NCBI GenBank assembly: GCA_934129885.1
Contig: CAKOWU010000002.1
Span: forward strand, 76,070 to 140,069
Reading direction: 5' to 3'
DNA from: an uncultured Bacilli bacterium
GTDB taxonomy: Bacteria > Bacillota_I > Bacilli_A > RF39 > UBA660
Length of the DNA: 64,000 nt
Shown here: piece by piece, positions 18,169 through 27,728 of the stretch
Layout of the letters: each line of letters begins with the position of its first letter
Numbering within the stretch: the stretch's first letter is position 1
Translations under genes and position numbers: made by a program
Notes under the pieces: model-generated
What the model was told of the DNA's origin: nothing
What the model saw: only the letters and a program-made list of their open reading frames with translations
Databases searched by the model: none

Positions 18169-19197
18169 TTAATTAGTACCAGTCCAGTTTAACGTCGCAT
18201 TCGTCGCACCCCATGGGGTGCCTTCTATAGCCCCTTCTTTTCTATTTACATTAATCATGGTTAAATTTTCATTATCTTTGAATGTACTTTGATGTATTGT
18301 TTTTACTGTAGACGGCAAATCTATGCTTGTGATTGTTTCTCCCGCTAAAGACATATTATTTAATGTTTCAACCCCTTCTTCTATTGTTACTTTTCTTGCC
18401 ATACTATAAGCAAAACAATAACTTGGAATTTCTTTTATTCTTCCCGGGATAGTTATTTCTTCATATTTTACATTTACATATGCCTCGGGCTGAATAACAG
18501 TTATCGTATCTGGTATTGATGTTCCAGTCGCATTCCTTCCTGCATAACTATTTAACACAGAATAATTTGTACTACCATCTGAATTAATACCATAAATAAA
18601 GGCTGCATCACCTTTTAGATTATTATTGCCAAAAGCACCACCTTCCATATATGTTACACTACTTGGAATATTTATCTCAGTGAGATTATTACCATTAAAA
18701 GCATCTAATCCTATATTTTTTAAACCTTCATTTAATTTTAAATATTTTATTTCATTATACTCAAATGCGTATTTACCAACTTCCTTTATATTAGTGGGCA
18801 AAGTTAAACTTTCTAATTTATTCGAATGAAACGCATAATTTCCTACCTCAACTAAAGTATCTGGTAATGTTAATTTGGTAATACCTTTATCCTGAAATGC
18901 TTTATCTCCTATTTTGGTAACAGTAAGTCCTTTTATAGTAGAAGGAATATTTACTTCTGTTCCACATGATTTATCATAATCAGTTATGGTTACTGTACCA
19001 TTTCCATTATCTGAGGTTCCATAACATTTATCAGATACTTTATATACATTGCCTTTGGCAGATAGGTTTATATTGGTGCTGAAGGCAGAGTAGCCTGTGA
19101 CAAGTACAAAAGTTAAACAAAGGAATATAGATGCGAATATTATTCTATGTTTTACAATATCTTTTTTTCTTAATCTTCTTTGGTATTTTCTTTGCAT
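18169..19197 (-). CDS. Leucine-rich-repeat (BspA-type) surface protein with GYSAFSTNINLS signal motif
   Basis: Repeats of the form I-P-x-x-V-x-x-I-G-x-x-A-F. Likely start is MQRKYQRR at 19197. Confidence 0.75.
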   Translation of the reverse strand: MQRKYQRRLRKKDIVKHRIIFASIFLCLTFVLVTGYSAFSTNINLSAKGNVYKVSDKCYGTSDNGNGTVTITDYDKSCGTEVNIPSTIKGLTVTKIGDKAFQDKGITKLTLPDTLVEVGNYAFHSNKLESLTLPTNIKEVGKYAFEYNEIKYLKLNEGLKNIGLDAFNGNNLTEINIPSSVTYMEGGAFGNNNLKGDAAFIYGINSDGSTNYSVLNSYAGRNATGTSIPDTITVIQPEAYVNVKYEEITIPGRIKEIPSYCFAYSMARKVTIEEGVETLNNMSLAGETITSIDLPSTVKTIHQSTFKDNENLTMINVNRKEGAIEGTPWGATNATLNWTGTN

Positions 19198-19549
19198 AAG
19201 ATATGGCACCCTTTCTACTAGGATTAACATATAACTCATAGTTATACGTTAATTATCTATATAAATCATACCACAAAATTGTCGGTTTGTATCATTATAT
19301 ATATCAAAGCACTCTTTTTTACCTTCATTTTTAATGTATAACTGTGAGTTATACATTAATGGTTGGACAATTTTATATTTCTTATGATATTCGTAAGAAG
19401 TTTAAGGGTTATATAGGTTTGTTTTTGATATGTTATGTGATTTTACTATATGGTTGTGTAGTTAACAAGAGAAAATTCTCTTCTGATTTTTACTATATCA
19501 CTTTTTTTATGGTTATGAATATAATACTATGAATATGAAAGGAGAGTTT

Positions 19550-20536
19550 ATGAAGAGGTTTATTGTGTTTTTGATTTTACTTGGTTTGATTATTGCTGGG
19601 TACTTTGTACTTTCGGGTAATCATGAGACTAAGGAGGTTAAAACTACTCATGTAAAGGTTGGAGAGGTTACTCATAGTGTGTTTTATGCACCACAATATG
19701 TAGCGGATGCACTTGGGTACTTTGAAGATGAGGGGCTTGATGTGGATATTGTTTTGACTGCTGGTGCTGACAAGGTTACGGCGGCAGTTCTATCAGGGGA
19801 TGTTCAGATTGGTTTTTGTGGTAGTGAGGCTACTATGTATTTATACAATCAAGGTGAGAAGGATTATTTAGTTAATTTTGCAGGTCTTACTAAGAAAGAT
19901 GGAAGTTTTATTGTTTCTAGAGAGAATATTAAGGATTTCAGTGTAGATGATTTATCTGGCAAGAAGATTTTAGGAGGCCGTGAGGGTGGTATGCCAGCGA
20001 TGACGCTTGAATATGCTTTGAAACAAAATGGCGTAGATGATGCGGATATTGATACTAGTGTTGATTTTTCTTCTATGTCTGGGGCGTTTATAGGTGGTAA
20101 TGGAGATTTTGTTACTTTATTTGAACCTACTGCGTCAGAAATTCAAAATGAGGGATATGGCTATATTGTGGCTTCTGTAGGTGAGCTTGGTGGTAGTGTG
20201 CCTTATACAGCTTATAACGCTAGGGGAAGTTATATAGATAATAATCCTGATGTAATTGAAGGGTTTACTAAGGCTATTCAAAAGGGCTTAGATTATGTTC
20301 ACAGTCATTCTGCGAAGGAAGTTGCGAGTACAATTAGTAAGCATTTCCCAGATAATTCTATTTCAGAACTTACTGATATTGTTCAAAAATATATGGATAT
20401 TGATGCTTGGTATGATACTACCTATATTACAAAAAATGATTTTAATCATATTATGGACATTGTTAGTAGTGCTGGTAAGTTAGATAAAAAAGTACCTTAT
20501 AAAAAGTTAGTTAATAATAGTTATAGTGAGAAATAA
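19550..20536 (+). CDS. ABC transporter substrate-binding protein (NMT1/THI5-like, NitT/TauT family)
   Basis: Signal anchor, GGAG RBS at MKRF, followed by the cognate ATPase and permease. Confidence 0.75.
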   Translation: MKRFIVFLILLGLIIAGYFVLSGNHETKEVKTTHVKVGEVTHSVFYAPQYVADALGYFEDEGLDVDIVLTAGADKVTAAVLSGDVQIGFCGSEATMYLYNQGEKDYLVNFAGLTKKDGSFIVSRENIKDFSVDDLSGKKILGGREGGMPAMTLEYALKQNGVDDADIDTSVDFSSMSGAFIGGNGDFVTLFEPTASEIQNEGYGYIVASVGELGGSVPYTAYNARGSYIDNNPDVIEGFTKAIQKGLDYVHSHSAKEVASTISKHFPDNSISELTDIVQKYMDIDAWYDTTYITKNDFNHIMDIVSSAGKLDKKVPYKKLVNNSYSEK

Positions 20537-21279
20537 TGGGTATTTTAAGTATTAAGAATTTAAGAAAAATTTATCACAATGAGTCTAAGGAAACTTTGGC
20601 TGTCGATAGTTTTTCTTTTGATTTAAATGAGGGCGAGTTTGTCGCTATTGTGGGGCCTTCGGGCTGTGGTAAGAGTACGATTTTATCTATTTTATGTGGG
20701 CTTGATGAGGCATCTTCTGGGAATATAGAACATGATAAGGATTTAAGGTTTGGCTATATGTTACAGGGGGATAATTTATTTGAATGGAATACGGTGTTTA
20801 AGAATTGTTTACTAGGCCTTGAGATAAATGGTAAGGTATCTAACGAGGATAAGGAATATGTTAAAAGGTTACTTAAGACGTACGGGCTTGGTGAGTTTAT
20901 GGATGCGTATCCTGGGGATTTATCTGGAGGGATGAGACAGCGAGTTTCGCTTATTAGGACGCTGGCGACGCATCCAGATATTCTTTTACTTGATGAACCT
21001 TTTTCGGCTTTAGATTATCAGTCGGCTTTGGCTGTGTCTGATGATGTATATGGTATTATTAAGAATGAGAAGAAAAGTGCGATTATGGTGACACATGATA
21101 TTAGTGCGGCGATTAGTATGGCAGACAGGATTATTGTTTTATCGGAAAGACCGAGCCATGTTAAGAAGGTTTATGAGATTAATTTGACTGATAAAAGTAC
21201 ACCTATTAATAACAGGAAGGCGAAGGAATTTAGCTATTATTATGATATGATTTGGAAGGATATTGATTTTCATGTGTAG
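20536..21279 (+). CDS. ABC transporter ATP-binding protein
   Basis: Walker A GPSGCGKST, signature LSGGMRQR, Walker B LLLDEP. Confidence 0.9.
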   Translation: MGILSIKNLRKIYHNESKETLAVDSFSFDLNEGEFVAIVGPSGCGKSTILSILCGLDEASSGNIEHDKDLRFGYMLQGDNLFEWNTVFKNCLLGLEINGKVSNEDKEYVKRLLKTYGLGEFMDAYPGDLSGGMRQRVSLIRTLATHPDILLLDEPFSALDYQSALAVSDDVYGIIKNEKKSAIMVTHDISAAISMADRIIVLSERPSHVKKVYEINLTDKSTPINNRKAKEFSYYYDMIWKDIDFHV

Positions 21280-22060
21280 TGCAGAACATAAGGCGTATTT
21301 AAAGAAAGTTAAGTTATATAAGTATGCCGTACGTGCGGTACAGGTTTTGATTATTGTGGTATTTCTTATAGTATGGCAACTAGCGTCTCAATATGGTATT
21401 ATTAATTCATTTATTTATTCTAGTCCTAGTAAGATTTTTTATACTATTGTATCATTATACAATGATGGTTCTTTATTTCATCATGTTTGGATTACTTTTT
21501 ATGAGGTTATAATTAGTTTTGTTTTAGGTAGTTTGATTGGAATTAGTATCGCAGTGGCGTTATGGAGATTTACGTTTTTGTCTAGGGTTCTTGATCCTTA
21601 TTTGACGGTTTTAAATAGTTTACCTAAGGTGTCACTTGGCCCTATTATAATTATTATTGCGGGTGCTGGAATACAGTCTATTATTGTTATGGCTTTGTTT
21701 ATTTCGGTTATTGTGACGATTATTAATGTTCATCAAGCATTTTCTAATACGGATAAGAATAAGTTAAAGGTTATGGAGAGTTTTAAGGCTTCTAAGAGTC
21801 AAATTTTATTTAAACTTATTTTACCAAGTAATTTCAATAATATTATTGGGGTTTTTAAGGTAAATATTGGTCTTGTGTTTATTGGTACTATTATGGGGGA
21901 ATTTTTAGTTAGTAAGGCTGGGGTTGGTTATTTAATTATGTATGGCTCACAGGTGTTTAATTTAAATTTGGTTATGAGTGGGATAATTATTTTGGCTATT
22001 ATGTCTAGTTTATTATATTACTTTATTGTATTTATTCAAAAAAGGCTTACCAGACGGTAA
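21263..22060 (+). CDS. ABC transporter permease
   Basis: 265 aa, 6 TM helices, overlaps the ATPase stop. Confidence 0.85.
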   Translation: MIFMCSAEHKAYLKKVKLYKYAVRAVQVLIIVVFLIVWQLASQYGIINSFIYSSPSKIFYTIVSLYNDGSLFHHVWITFYEVIISFVLGSLIGISIAVALWRFTFLSRVLDPYLTVLNSLPKVSLGPIIIIIAGAGIQSIIVMALFISVIVTIINVHQAFSNTDKNKLKVMESFKASKSQILFKLILPSNFNNIIGVFKVNIGLVFIGTIMGEFLVSKAGVGYLIMYGSQVFNLNLVMSGIIILAIMSSLLYYFIVFIQKRLTRR

Positions 22061-22067
22061 GTTTTTT
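22046..22067 (+). terminator. Terminator of the ABC operon
   Basis: CTTACC-AGAC-GGTAAG followed by TTTTTT. Confidence 0.6.
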
Positions 22068-22212
22068 GATGTGCTTTGTCTACAATCTTACAAAGTAAAA
22101 GGTAAAACATAAGAAGCATTTACATAATTCTTCCTCCTTGTTTTCCCACAAAAAAATATGGAATGTAAATCTTATAATTTACACACCATATTATACAAGG
22201 CCTTTAAACCAG

Positions 22213-22323
22213 CAGGCAGCTGCTGACGCAGTCGCCTGATTATCCTGCGAGACTTTCGCTATCGCTCGTCCCGCTCCTGCGTCCCTTTCAGGGACTTACC
22301 AATTGCTTCGTTTATGTTTTATC
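22213..22323 (-). repeat. Conserved GC-rich 3' non-coding element, copy 2
   Basis: 108/111 identical to 263..373. Confidence 0.85.
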
Positions 22324-23802
22324 TTATCCTACAGTATACGGACTATTTGAAATCCCGTCTCCCTCAAGAGAGATATCAGAGGATAGATAAAGAACTGGCG
22401 CCGCACCGTAACTGTTAATAGCGTAGTCGTGGCTCAGGCCGCCGTCACTGTACACATGGAACATGTTGCTAGCGTTTAAGGTAGAGGAAGGCGCGATTGT
22501 CCATGAAAAATTTTTTGCCGCAGGTCCTGCGTAAATCCAGTTATGCGTAGCACTTTCTTCATAACATGATGAATTATTCCAATATGCCATTACACTTGTA
22601 CACTCTGAATTAGTACTTGCTTTTACATAATCACTTGGATTCATTAATCCTACTTTACCTTTCCATTTATACGTTTGTTCCTGCGTTATTGTATTTGATA
22701 AATTTGTTACATTATATTTCGTTACACCAACATTAAACATATGTGATACTACTATATTTTGAACATTACTACTTAAACTATTATACCAATCATTATTTAA
22801 ATATGTATTCAAATAAGCTTCTTTCTCCGGCAAATCTTTTAAAGTTCCATCTATAGTCCAAGGCATTTGTGTTACATTTTTTCCATTAGTATCAAGCGTT
22901 GTTGTTTTGCTTCCCCATACTTTACAGCCCAAGTATGAAGATGCTGAAGAATCATAACAGTAATCTGTCCTTGTACTAGAATATCTAGTACCATCAGTTG
23001 AATTTGAACCTGTTACGTCAGTAATGCTTGTTGAATACCCAGGGTCAAACACCTTAATACCTATACTACCATTTTTTATTACCTTTAGTGTGTTATCACT
23101 TTCTATGGCAATTATTCTATATGTATCTGTACCTAATGTAATATAGTTATTTGGGTTTGCTCCTCTATATACATATCTGCCTGCTTCCGTAGAATCAGTA
23201 TAGAGTCCGTCACCACTGGTAACTACTTTTGCTTTTAACATTTCTGCGGCAGCATTACTAGTATCTCCACCAGTACTACCACTACTTCCGTCACTTTGGA
23301 CAAAGTCTAATGTAACTGTTAGAGATGCATCTAGATTAGTAGGTTGTGAGGTAACGCTATTACTATAAGTTACTTTTACTGACAATGTAGAAGATGTACC
23401 TTGTTTTAAGACATCACCTTCTTTTATACCACTTGTTTCAAATAATATCGCAGAATTATTATCTTTTTTTAGGGCTATTTTATTAAGTTTGGCATTTAGG
23501 TTACCTTTGTTTTCTACTTTTATATTATAAGTTATACTATCGCCAGGCAACACTAAATTAGTATTAAATGTAGCCGTTAGCCCGTCATAACTAGGTGTGC
23601 CACTTACTGATGCACTACCTACTTTATTACTAGTTGTAATGTCAGTGATTGATATATTCCAAGATGTAGATATATTAGATGTACCAGATATCTTTAAACT
23701 ACTTGCGAAAGCCGCATATCCTACCGCCATAATAACTACAACCGCAAGTAAGCCTCCTATAAGTATGCTTTTATTATTCTTATAACTTCTATGTCTGTTC
23801 AT
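22324..23802 (-). CDS. Secreted/surface protein, paralog 2
   Basis: 492 aa with the same architecture as 374..1849. Confidence 0.85.
   Translation of the reverse strand: MNRHRSYKNNKSILIGGLLAVVVIMAVGYAAFASSLKISGTSNISTSWNISITDITTSNKVGSASVSGTPSYDGLTATFNTNLVLPGDSITYNIKVENKGNLNAKLNKIALKKDNNSAILFETSGIKEGDVLKQGTSSTLSVKVTYSNSVTSQPTNLDASLTVTLDFVQSDGSSGSTGGDTSNAAAEMLKAKVVTSGDGLYTDSTEAGRYVYRGANPNNYITLGTDTYRIIAIESDNTLKVIKNGSIGIKVFDPGYSTSITDVTGSNSTDGTRYSSTRTDYCYDSSASSYLGCKVWGSKTTTLDTNGKNVTQMPWTIDGTLKDLPEKEAYLNTYLNNDWYNSLSSNVQNIVVSHMFNVGVTKYNVTNLSNTITQEQTYKWKGKVGLMNPSDYVKASTNSECTSVMAYWNNSSCYEESATHNWIYAGPAAKNFSWTIAPSSTLNASNMFHVYSDGGLSHDYAINSYGAAPVLYLSSDISLEGDGISNSPYTVG
22405..22481 (-). other. Hypervariable block, copy 2 (DGR variable-region-like)
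   Basis: 15 of 26 codons end in C. See the pairwise comparison with 455..531. Confidence 0.6.
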
Positions 23803-23872
23803 ATTTTATCACCTTTACTACTTTAAATGTACATGACATTTAGAGTGGGCTTTGTCGAACATTGTTTTGCAA

Positions 23873-23945
23873 AAAGCACCTAAAATGTTCTATTGCTTCT
23901 ATGGTAATGATATCAAAAAACAGGGATGATGTAAATACTCCAGCA
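23873..23945 (-). promoter_or_regulatory. Conserved upstream box, copy 2
   Basis: AGCACCTAAAATGTTCTATTGCTTCTATGGTAATGATATCAAAAAA. TGTCGAA lies at 23853..23859. Confidence 0.5.
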
Positions 23946-23976
23946 AATGTTTATAAAAAAAGAACTTAATGTCCTT

Positions 23977-24741
23977 TTAAGCAATTTTATGGAAGTCTAG
24001 TCTTAACTTATCAGCGATAGTTACGATAAATTCTGAATTAGTGGGTTTGGCTTTATCGATATCTACGCTATAACCAAATAAATCTTCCATGAAATCAATG
24101 TTACCTCGATTCCAACTAACTTCAATAGCGTGTCTTATGGCTCTTTCTACTCTAGAGACCGTTGTGTTAAATTCTTCGGCTAAAGCGGGATATAATTCTT
24201 TTGTAATACCGCCAATTACGCTAGGATTATTAAAGATAATTTTGACGCCTTCTCTTATATACTGATAGCCTTTTATGTGTGATGGAATACCTAGTTCATG
24301 CAGCATTCTCGTGATAGATACTTGAAGATTATTACCAAAGAAGTCTATGTTTTTGTTATCACTTTTTTGATTAGATATTTCATATATTCTAGATCTTAAG
24401 TCATCTAAATCAAATGGTTTTAAGACGTAATAGTTAACGCCAAACTCAGATACTTCTCTTATGACTTCGGCAGCATTATAACTTGTTGCGACGATTACAT
24501 TTTTATTTATACCTCTTTCTTTCATTTGTTTAAGTACATAAATACCGTCTTTTTTAGGCATAATTAAATCTAGTATAATTACATCATAGTCATCTTTGTA
24601 TTTTTCGATCATTTCTATACCTGCACTGCCATCATGGGCCTCTAAAACGATATTTATGTTACCTAAACTTTTAAAATACTCTCTTACCATATCTATTAAA
24701 TTAACATTATCATCAATCATTAAAACTCTTATATTATTCAT
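23977..24741 (-). CDS. spo0A: Sporulation master regulator Spo0A
   Basis: Receiver domain plus the diagnostic C-terminus HIKGYQYIRE...FNTTVSRVERAIRHAIEVSWNRGN. Confidence 0.95.
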   Translation of the reverse strand: MNNIRVLMIDDNVNLIDMVREYFKSLGNINIVLEAHDGSAGIEMIEKYKDDYDVIILDLIMPKKDGIYVLKQMKERGINKNVIVATSYNAAEVIREVSEFGVNYYVLKPFDLDDLRSRIYEISNQKSDNKNIDFFGNNLQVSITRMLHELGIPSHIKGYQYIREGVKIIFNNPSVIGGITKELYPALAEEFNTTVSRVERAIRHAIEVSWNRGNIDFMEDLFGYSVDIDKAKPTNSEFIVTIADKLRLDFHKIA

Positions 24742-24842
24742 ATTTCTCTTTCTCCTTTACTGTTTTCAATTATACAAAACCTTGACACTTTTTTCCATAG
24801 CACATTTTATCTAGTTTTGTCGAAAAAATAAGAGAAGTACAT

Positions 24843-25514
24843 CTAACTGGTTACTTCTCTTATTTTTTTTAATTTTTTTGTGTCTAATGACTCTGCACCG
24901 ACGATAAAACCTGAAACGTTTGGTATTTTATTAAGCGTATCAATATTATAAGTACCAACGCTTCCGCCATATATAACTTTTACGTCATAGTCAAATAAAG
25001 ATTTTATAAATGTTATGACTTCTTCTATTTTTTCTATAGGGGGAGTTATGCCATTCCCTATTGCCCAAATGGGTTCATAGGAAATGATAACTTCTTTATC
25101 TATACCCTCTAAATCTTTTTTTATTTGATTTTCTATGACGCTTTTATAGTCATCAGTTTTATCCTCACCTACGCATAATATGACGTTTAAGTTATTATGG
25201 AGTGCAGATTTAACTTTTTTATTGATTAGTTCATCGTCTTCTTTAAATAGTATACGTCTTTCGGCATGTCCGATTAAAGCAAAAGATACTCCGATTGATT
25301 TAGCCTGATATGCTGATATTTCTCCGGTATAGCTGCCAAAGTCTCCTACATATATATTTTGAATACCTGCCTTTATTTTATTACCGGAAAAGTAAGGAAT
25401 ATAGATACTACTTGGAAAAAATATAATGTCTAGGTCTTTTATTTCGTTTAAATAATTAGTCATTTCTTTATATGTTAAGTTCATTTTATGATTTGCAACA
25501 ATTAATTTTTCCAT
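24843..25514 (-). CDS. tpiA: Triose-phosphate isomerase (compact, 223 aa)
   Basis: ANHKMN, GSYTGE, GHAERR, YEPIWAIGNG and YGGSV motifs. Confidence 0.9.
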   Translation of the reverse strand: MEKLIVANHKMNLTYKEMTNYLNEIKDLDIIFFPSSIYIPYFSGNKIKAGIQNIYVGDFGSYTGEISAYQAKSIGVSFALIGHAERRILFKEDDELINKKVKSALHNNLNVILCVGEDKTDDYKSVIENQIKKDLEGIDKEVIISYEPIWAIGNGITPPIEKIEEVITFIKSLFDYDVKVIYGGSVGTYNIDTLNKIPNVSGFIVGAESLDTKKLKKIREVTS

Positions 25515-26737
25515 TTGTTTCCCCTTCTTTTAAAGAAATTAATAATTTTACTTTTTAAATCTGTGTTACCATTTTTGATAACCTTTTCATAAATGGTAAT
25601 AATTTGATCGGCAAAGTATTTAGAAGAATGCATTTCTGCACTTGCACTGGCTCCTTTTTTAAGGCGTTTTGTTAAAGATTTATCATGTTTTATTTTAAGG
25701 ATAGCTTCTTCGCATTCTTCTTTTGTATTAAATATGAAACCATTATAGTCGTTTATTACGGTACCATTGAAACTTTCATCATTTATACATACTGCTGGTA
25801 CACCAGCAGCAAGGGCTTCTACGACGGTAAGTCCTTGGGTTTCAAAATGGCTAGCGGTTACAAAGACGTTAGAGATATTATAGTATTTAGGGGCATCCTC
25901 ATATGGTACTTTACCAGCAAAGACAACGTTTTTGGAAACACCATACTCCTCTGCTTTCTTTTTTAAGAAATCTTCGTCTGGTCCATCTCCTACTAGTAAT
26001 AATTTAATGCGTGGTTCTTTTTTGGCAATAGAGGCGTATACATCGATAATAAATTCGATATTTTTCTCCTTACCGAGTCTACCTAAATAAAGAATGACAA
26101 AATCGTCTTTTCGTATTTTACATTTTTTTCTTATTAAATCTAGTTCATTTTTCGAATATTTTTCTGGATAGAATCTTTCTGTTTCTATACCTGTTGGGAT
26201 TATATAGATATCTCTATCATATTTATATTTTTGTTTGAATAAATCATAAGTTTTTTTTGTTGGTACAATAAGTTCTGTACAGGTTTTATCACAAAAAAAT
26301 TTGGTGATATATTCAACTATTTTTTTACTACTTTTATCAAAGTATCCTTTGGTAATAGCTTCGACATAGTCTTCATACATTGTATGATAGGTATGTACTA
26401 ATGGTATATTAAATTCGATACTAATAAGTCTTGCGAAGGTACCAATACCAAATTCAGTGTGTGAATGGATAATATCTAAATTCCACGATTTAATTTTTTT
26501 AACTGCTCTTATTGGATACATACCTGTTAGTCTATAATCATATATTCCTGTAGGTATTCCAGGAATTCTTATTATTTTGTCATCGTCTTCGTATTTATAT
26601 TGCATGTTTTCTGGGTTGACTGTTACGACGTAGACGGTATGCCCTTTTTTTTCTAAGGCTCGTTGGAGCATTAAAATACTAGTTGACACCCCATTTGTAT
26701 ATGGTGGATAACTATCTGTAAATATTCCTATTCTCAT
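25502..26737 (-). CDS. GT4-family glycosyltransferase (diacylglycerol glycosyltransferase-like)
   Basis: MRIGIFTDSYPPYTNGVS N-terminus and C-terminal E-x7-E-type region (ETQGLTVVEALAAG). Confidence 0.8.
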   Translation of the reverse strand: MRIGIFTDSYPPYTNGVSTSILMLQRALEKKGHTVYVVTVNPENMQYKYEDDDKIIRIPGIPTGIYDYRLTGMYPIRAVKKIKSWNLDIIHSHTEFGIGTFARLISIEFNIPLVHTYHTMYEDYVEAITKGYFDKSSKKIVEYITKFFCDKTCTELIVPTKKTYDLFKQKYKYDRDIYIIPTGIETERFYPEKYSKNELDLIRKKCKIRKDDFVILYLGRLGKEKNIEFIIDVYASIAKKEPRIKLLLVGDGPDEDFLKKKAEEYGVSKNVVFAGKVPYEDAPKYYNISNVFVTASHFETQGLTVVEALAAGVPAVCINDESFNGTVINDYNGFIFNTKEECEEAILKIKHDKSLTKRLKKGASASAEMHSSKYFADQIITIYEKVIKNGNTDLKSKIINFFKRRGNKWKN

Positions 26738-26738
26738 A

Positions 26739-27728
26739 TTAGTCCTCCTTTATTATTGACACTCCCCCTATTATAAAGCCCATATAATAAGTTATAAATC
26801 TCCATGTTATCATTATACTAGATAATACTGGCCCTGTGACGAAAGTACCAAAGAATACGGTAAAGCAGTATTCTATTCCGCCACTGGCACCAGGGGTTGG
26901 TATGAAAGAACTTATAATCATTACGTATGATGTAGCCACGACTGCTTCAAGTGGTGTGATTACTCCTCCAAGACCAAGTATTAGGGCGTAAGGAATTAAG
27001 TATAGTAAGATAAGTCCAAGGATATTTACTAGAATCATGAACATAAAGGATAGTTTATTATTAAATAGTTTTAAGGCACAGTTATGAAAGTTTTCGATAT
27101 ATTCGCCTTTATTGGCTAGAAATTTATCCTTGTTTTTAATAATTTTTAATTTTGCCCCTACTTTTATTATTTTATCTAAGATAAAAGTATTACCTTTTCT
27201 ATTAAATGAAAGTATAAAAAGGAAAATGATAACGAGTAAATTCACTACATATCCTATTATAACGAGTTTCTTTAATAATAAATCATTTTGAAAGATATGT
27301 AAATAATGATTTATTAAAACAGAAATGCTTCCTAATATAACTAAAGCAATTTGATAAACGATAAAATCCTCTATTACTATATTTGTACCTTTAGATGCAT
27401 CAATATTTTGTTTTTTTAGTTTATATATTTGATAAGGCTGTCCTAAGGCGGCGAATGGTGTAATGTTATTAATAAACTGGGTATCTAGTATTAGTTTAAA
27501 GGTTTTACTAAATTTACGTTCACTTTGAAACTGTTTAATAAAACTATGTAGAGATATTGCTCTACATCCTAAATACAAGATAAACAGTAAGCACGCCAGT
27601 AGCAGATAAGATAGGTCATAAGAAAATAAATAATTTATTTTATCGGCAGCGTCATCTTTTAAAGCAAATATGAGTACAATCAGGGTTATTAATATAATTA
27701 ACATGATGTTTTTTTTATTATTTTTCAT
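26739..27728 (-). CDS. Flippase-like membrane protein (UPF0104 / lysyl-PG-synthase TM-region family)
   Basis: About 8 TM helices, PTPGASGGIE motif, overlaps pgk and abuts the GT4 gene. Confidence 0.55.
   Translation of the reverse strand: MKNNKKNIMLIILITLIVLIFALKDDAADKINYLFSYDLSYLLLACLLFILYLGCRAISLHSFIKQFQSERKFSKTFKLILDTQFINNITPFAALGQPYQIYKLKKQNIDASKGTNIVIEDFIVYQIALVILGSISVLINHYLHIFQNDLLLKKLVIIGYVVNLLVIIFLFILSFNRKGNTFILDKIIKVGAKLKIIKNKDKFLANKGEYIENFHNCALKLFNNKLSFMFMILVNILGLILLYLIPYALILGLGGVITPLEAVVATSYVMIISSFIPTPGASGGIEYCFTVFFGTFVTGPVLSSIMITWRFITYYMGFIIGGVSIIKED

Noticed and set aside
19240-19549. Riboswitch (for example TPP) upstream of the NMT1/THI5-like ABC transporter
   Set aside because: The region lacks the CTGAGA / ACCTGATCTGGATAATGCCAGCG-type conserved cores or any other leader motif I recognise. 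It is just AT-rich spacer.
374-23802. The two 1.6-kb direct-repeat paralog loci as ends of a composite mobile element
   Set aside because: The intervening 20 kb holds essential housekeeping genes (aspS, gatCAB, ileS, sepF, divIVA) in Bacilli-like synteny, so a transposon or island interpretation is implausible.
24782-24815. Plus-strand TTGACA-17-TTTTAT promoter between tpiA and spo0A
   Set aside because: There is no plus-strand gene downstream. It probably reflects chance or overlaps the spo0A control region on the other strand.
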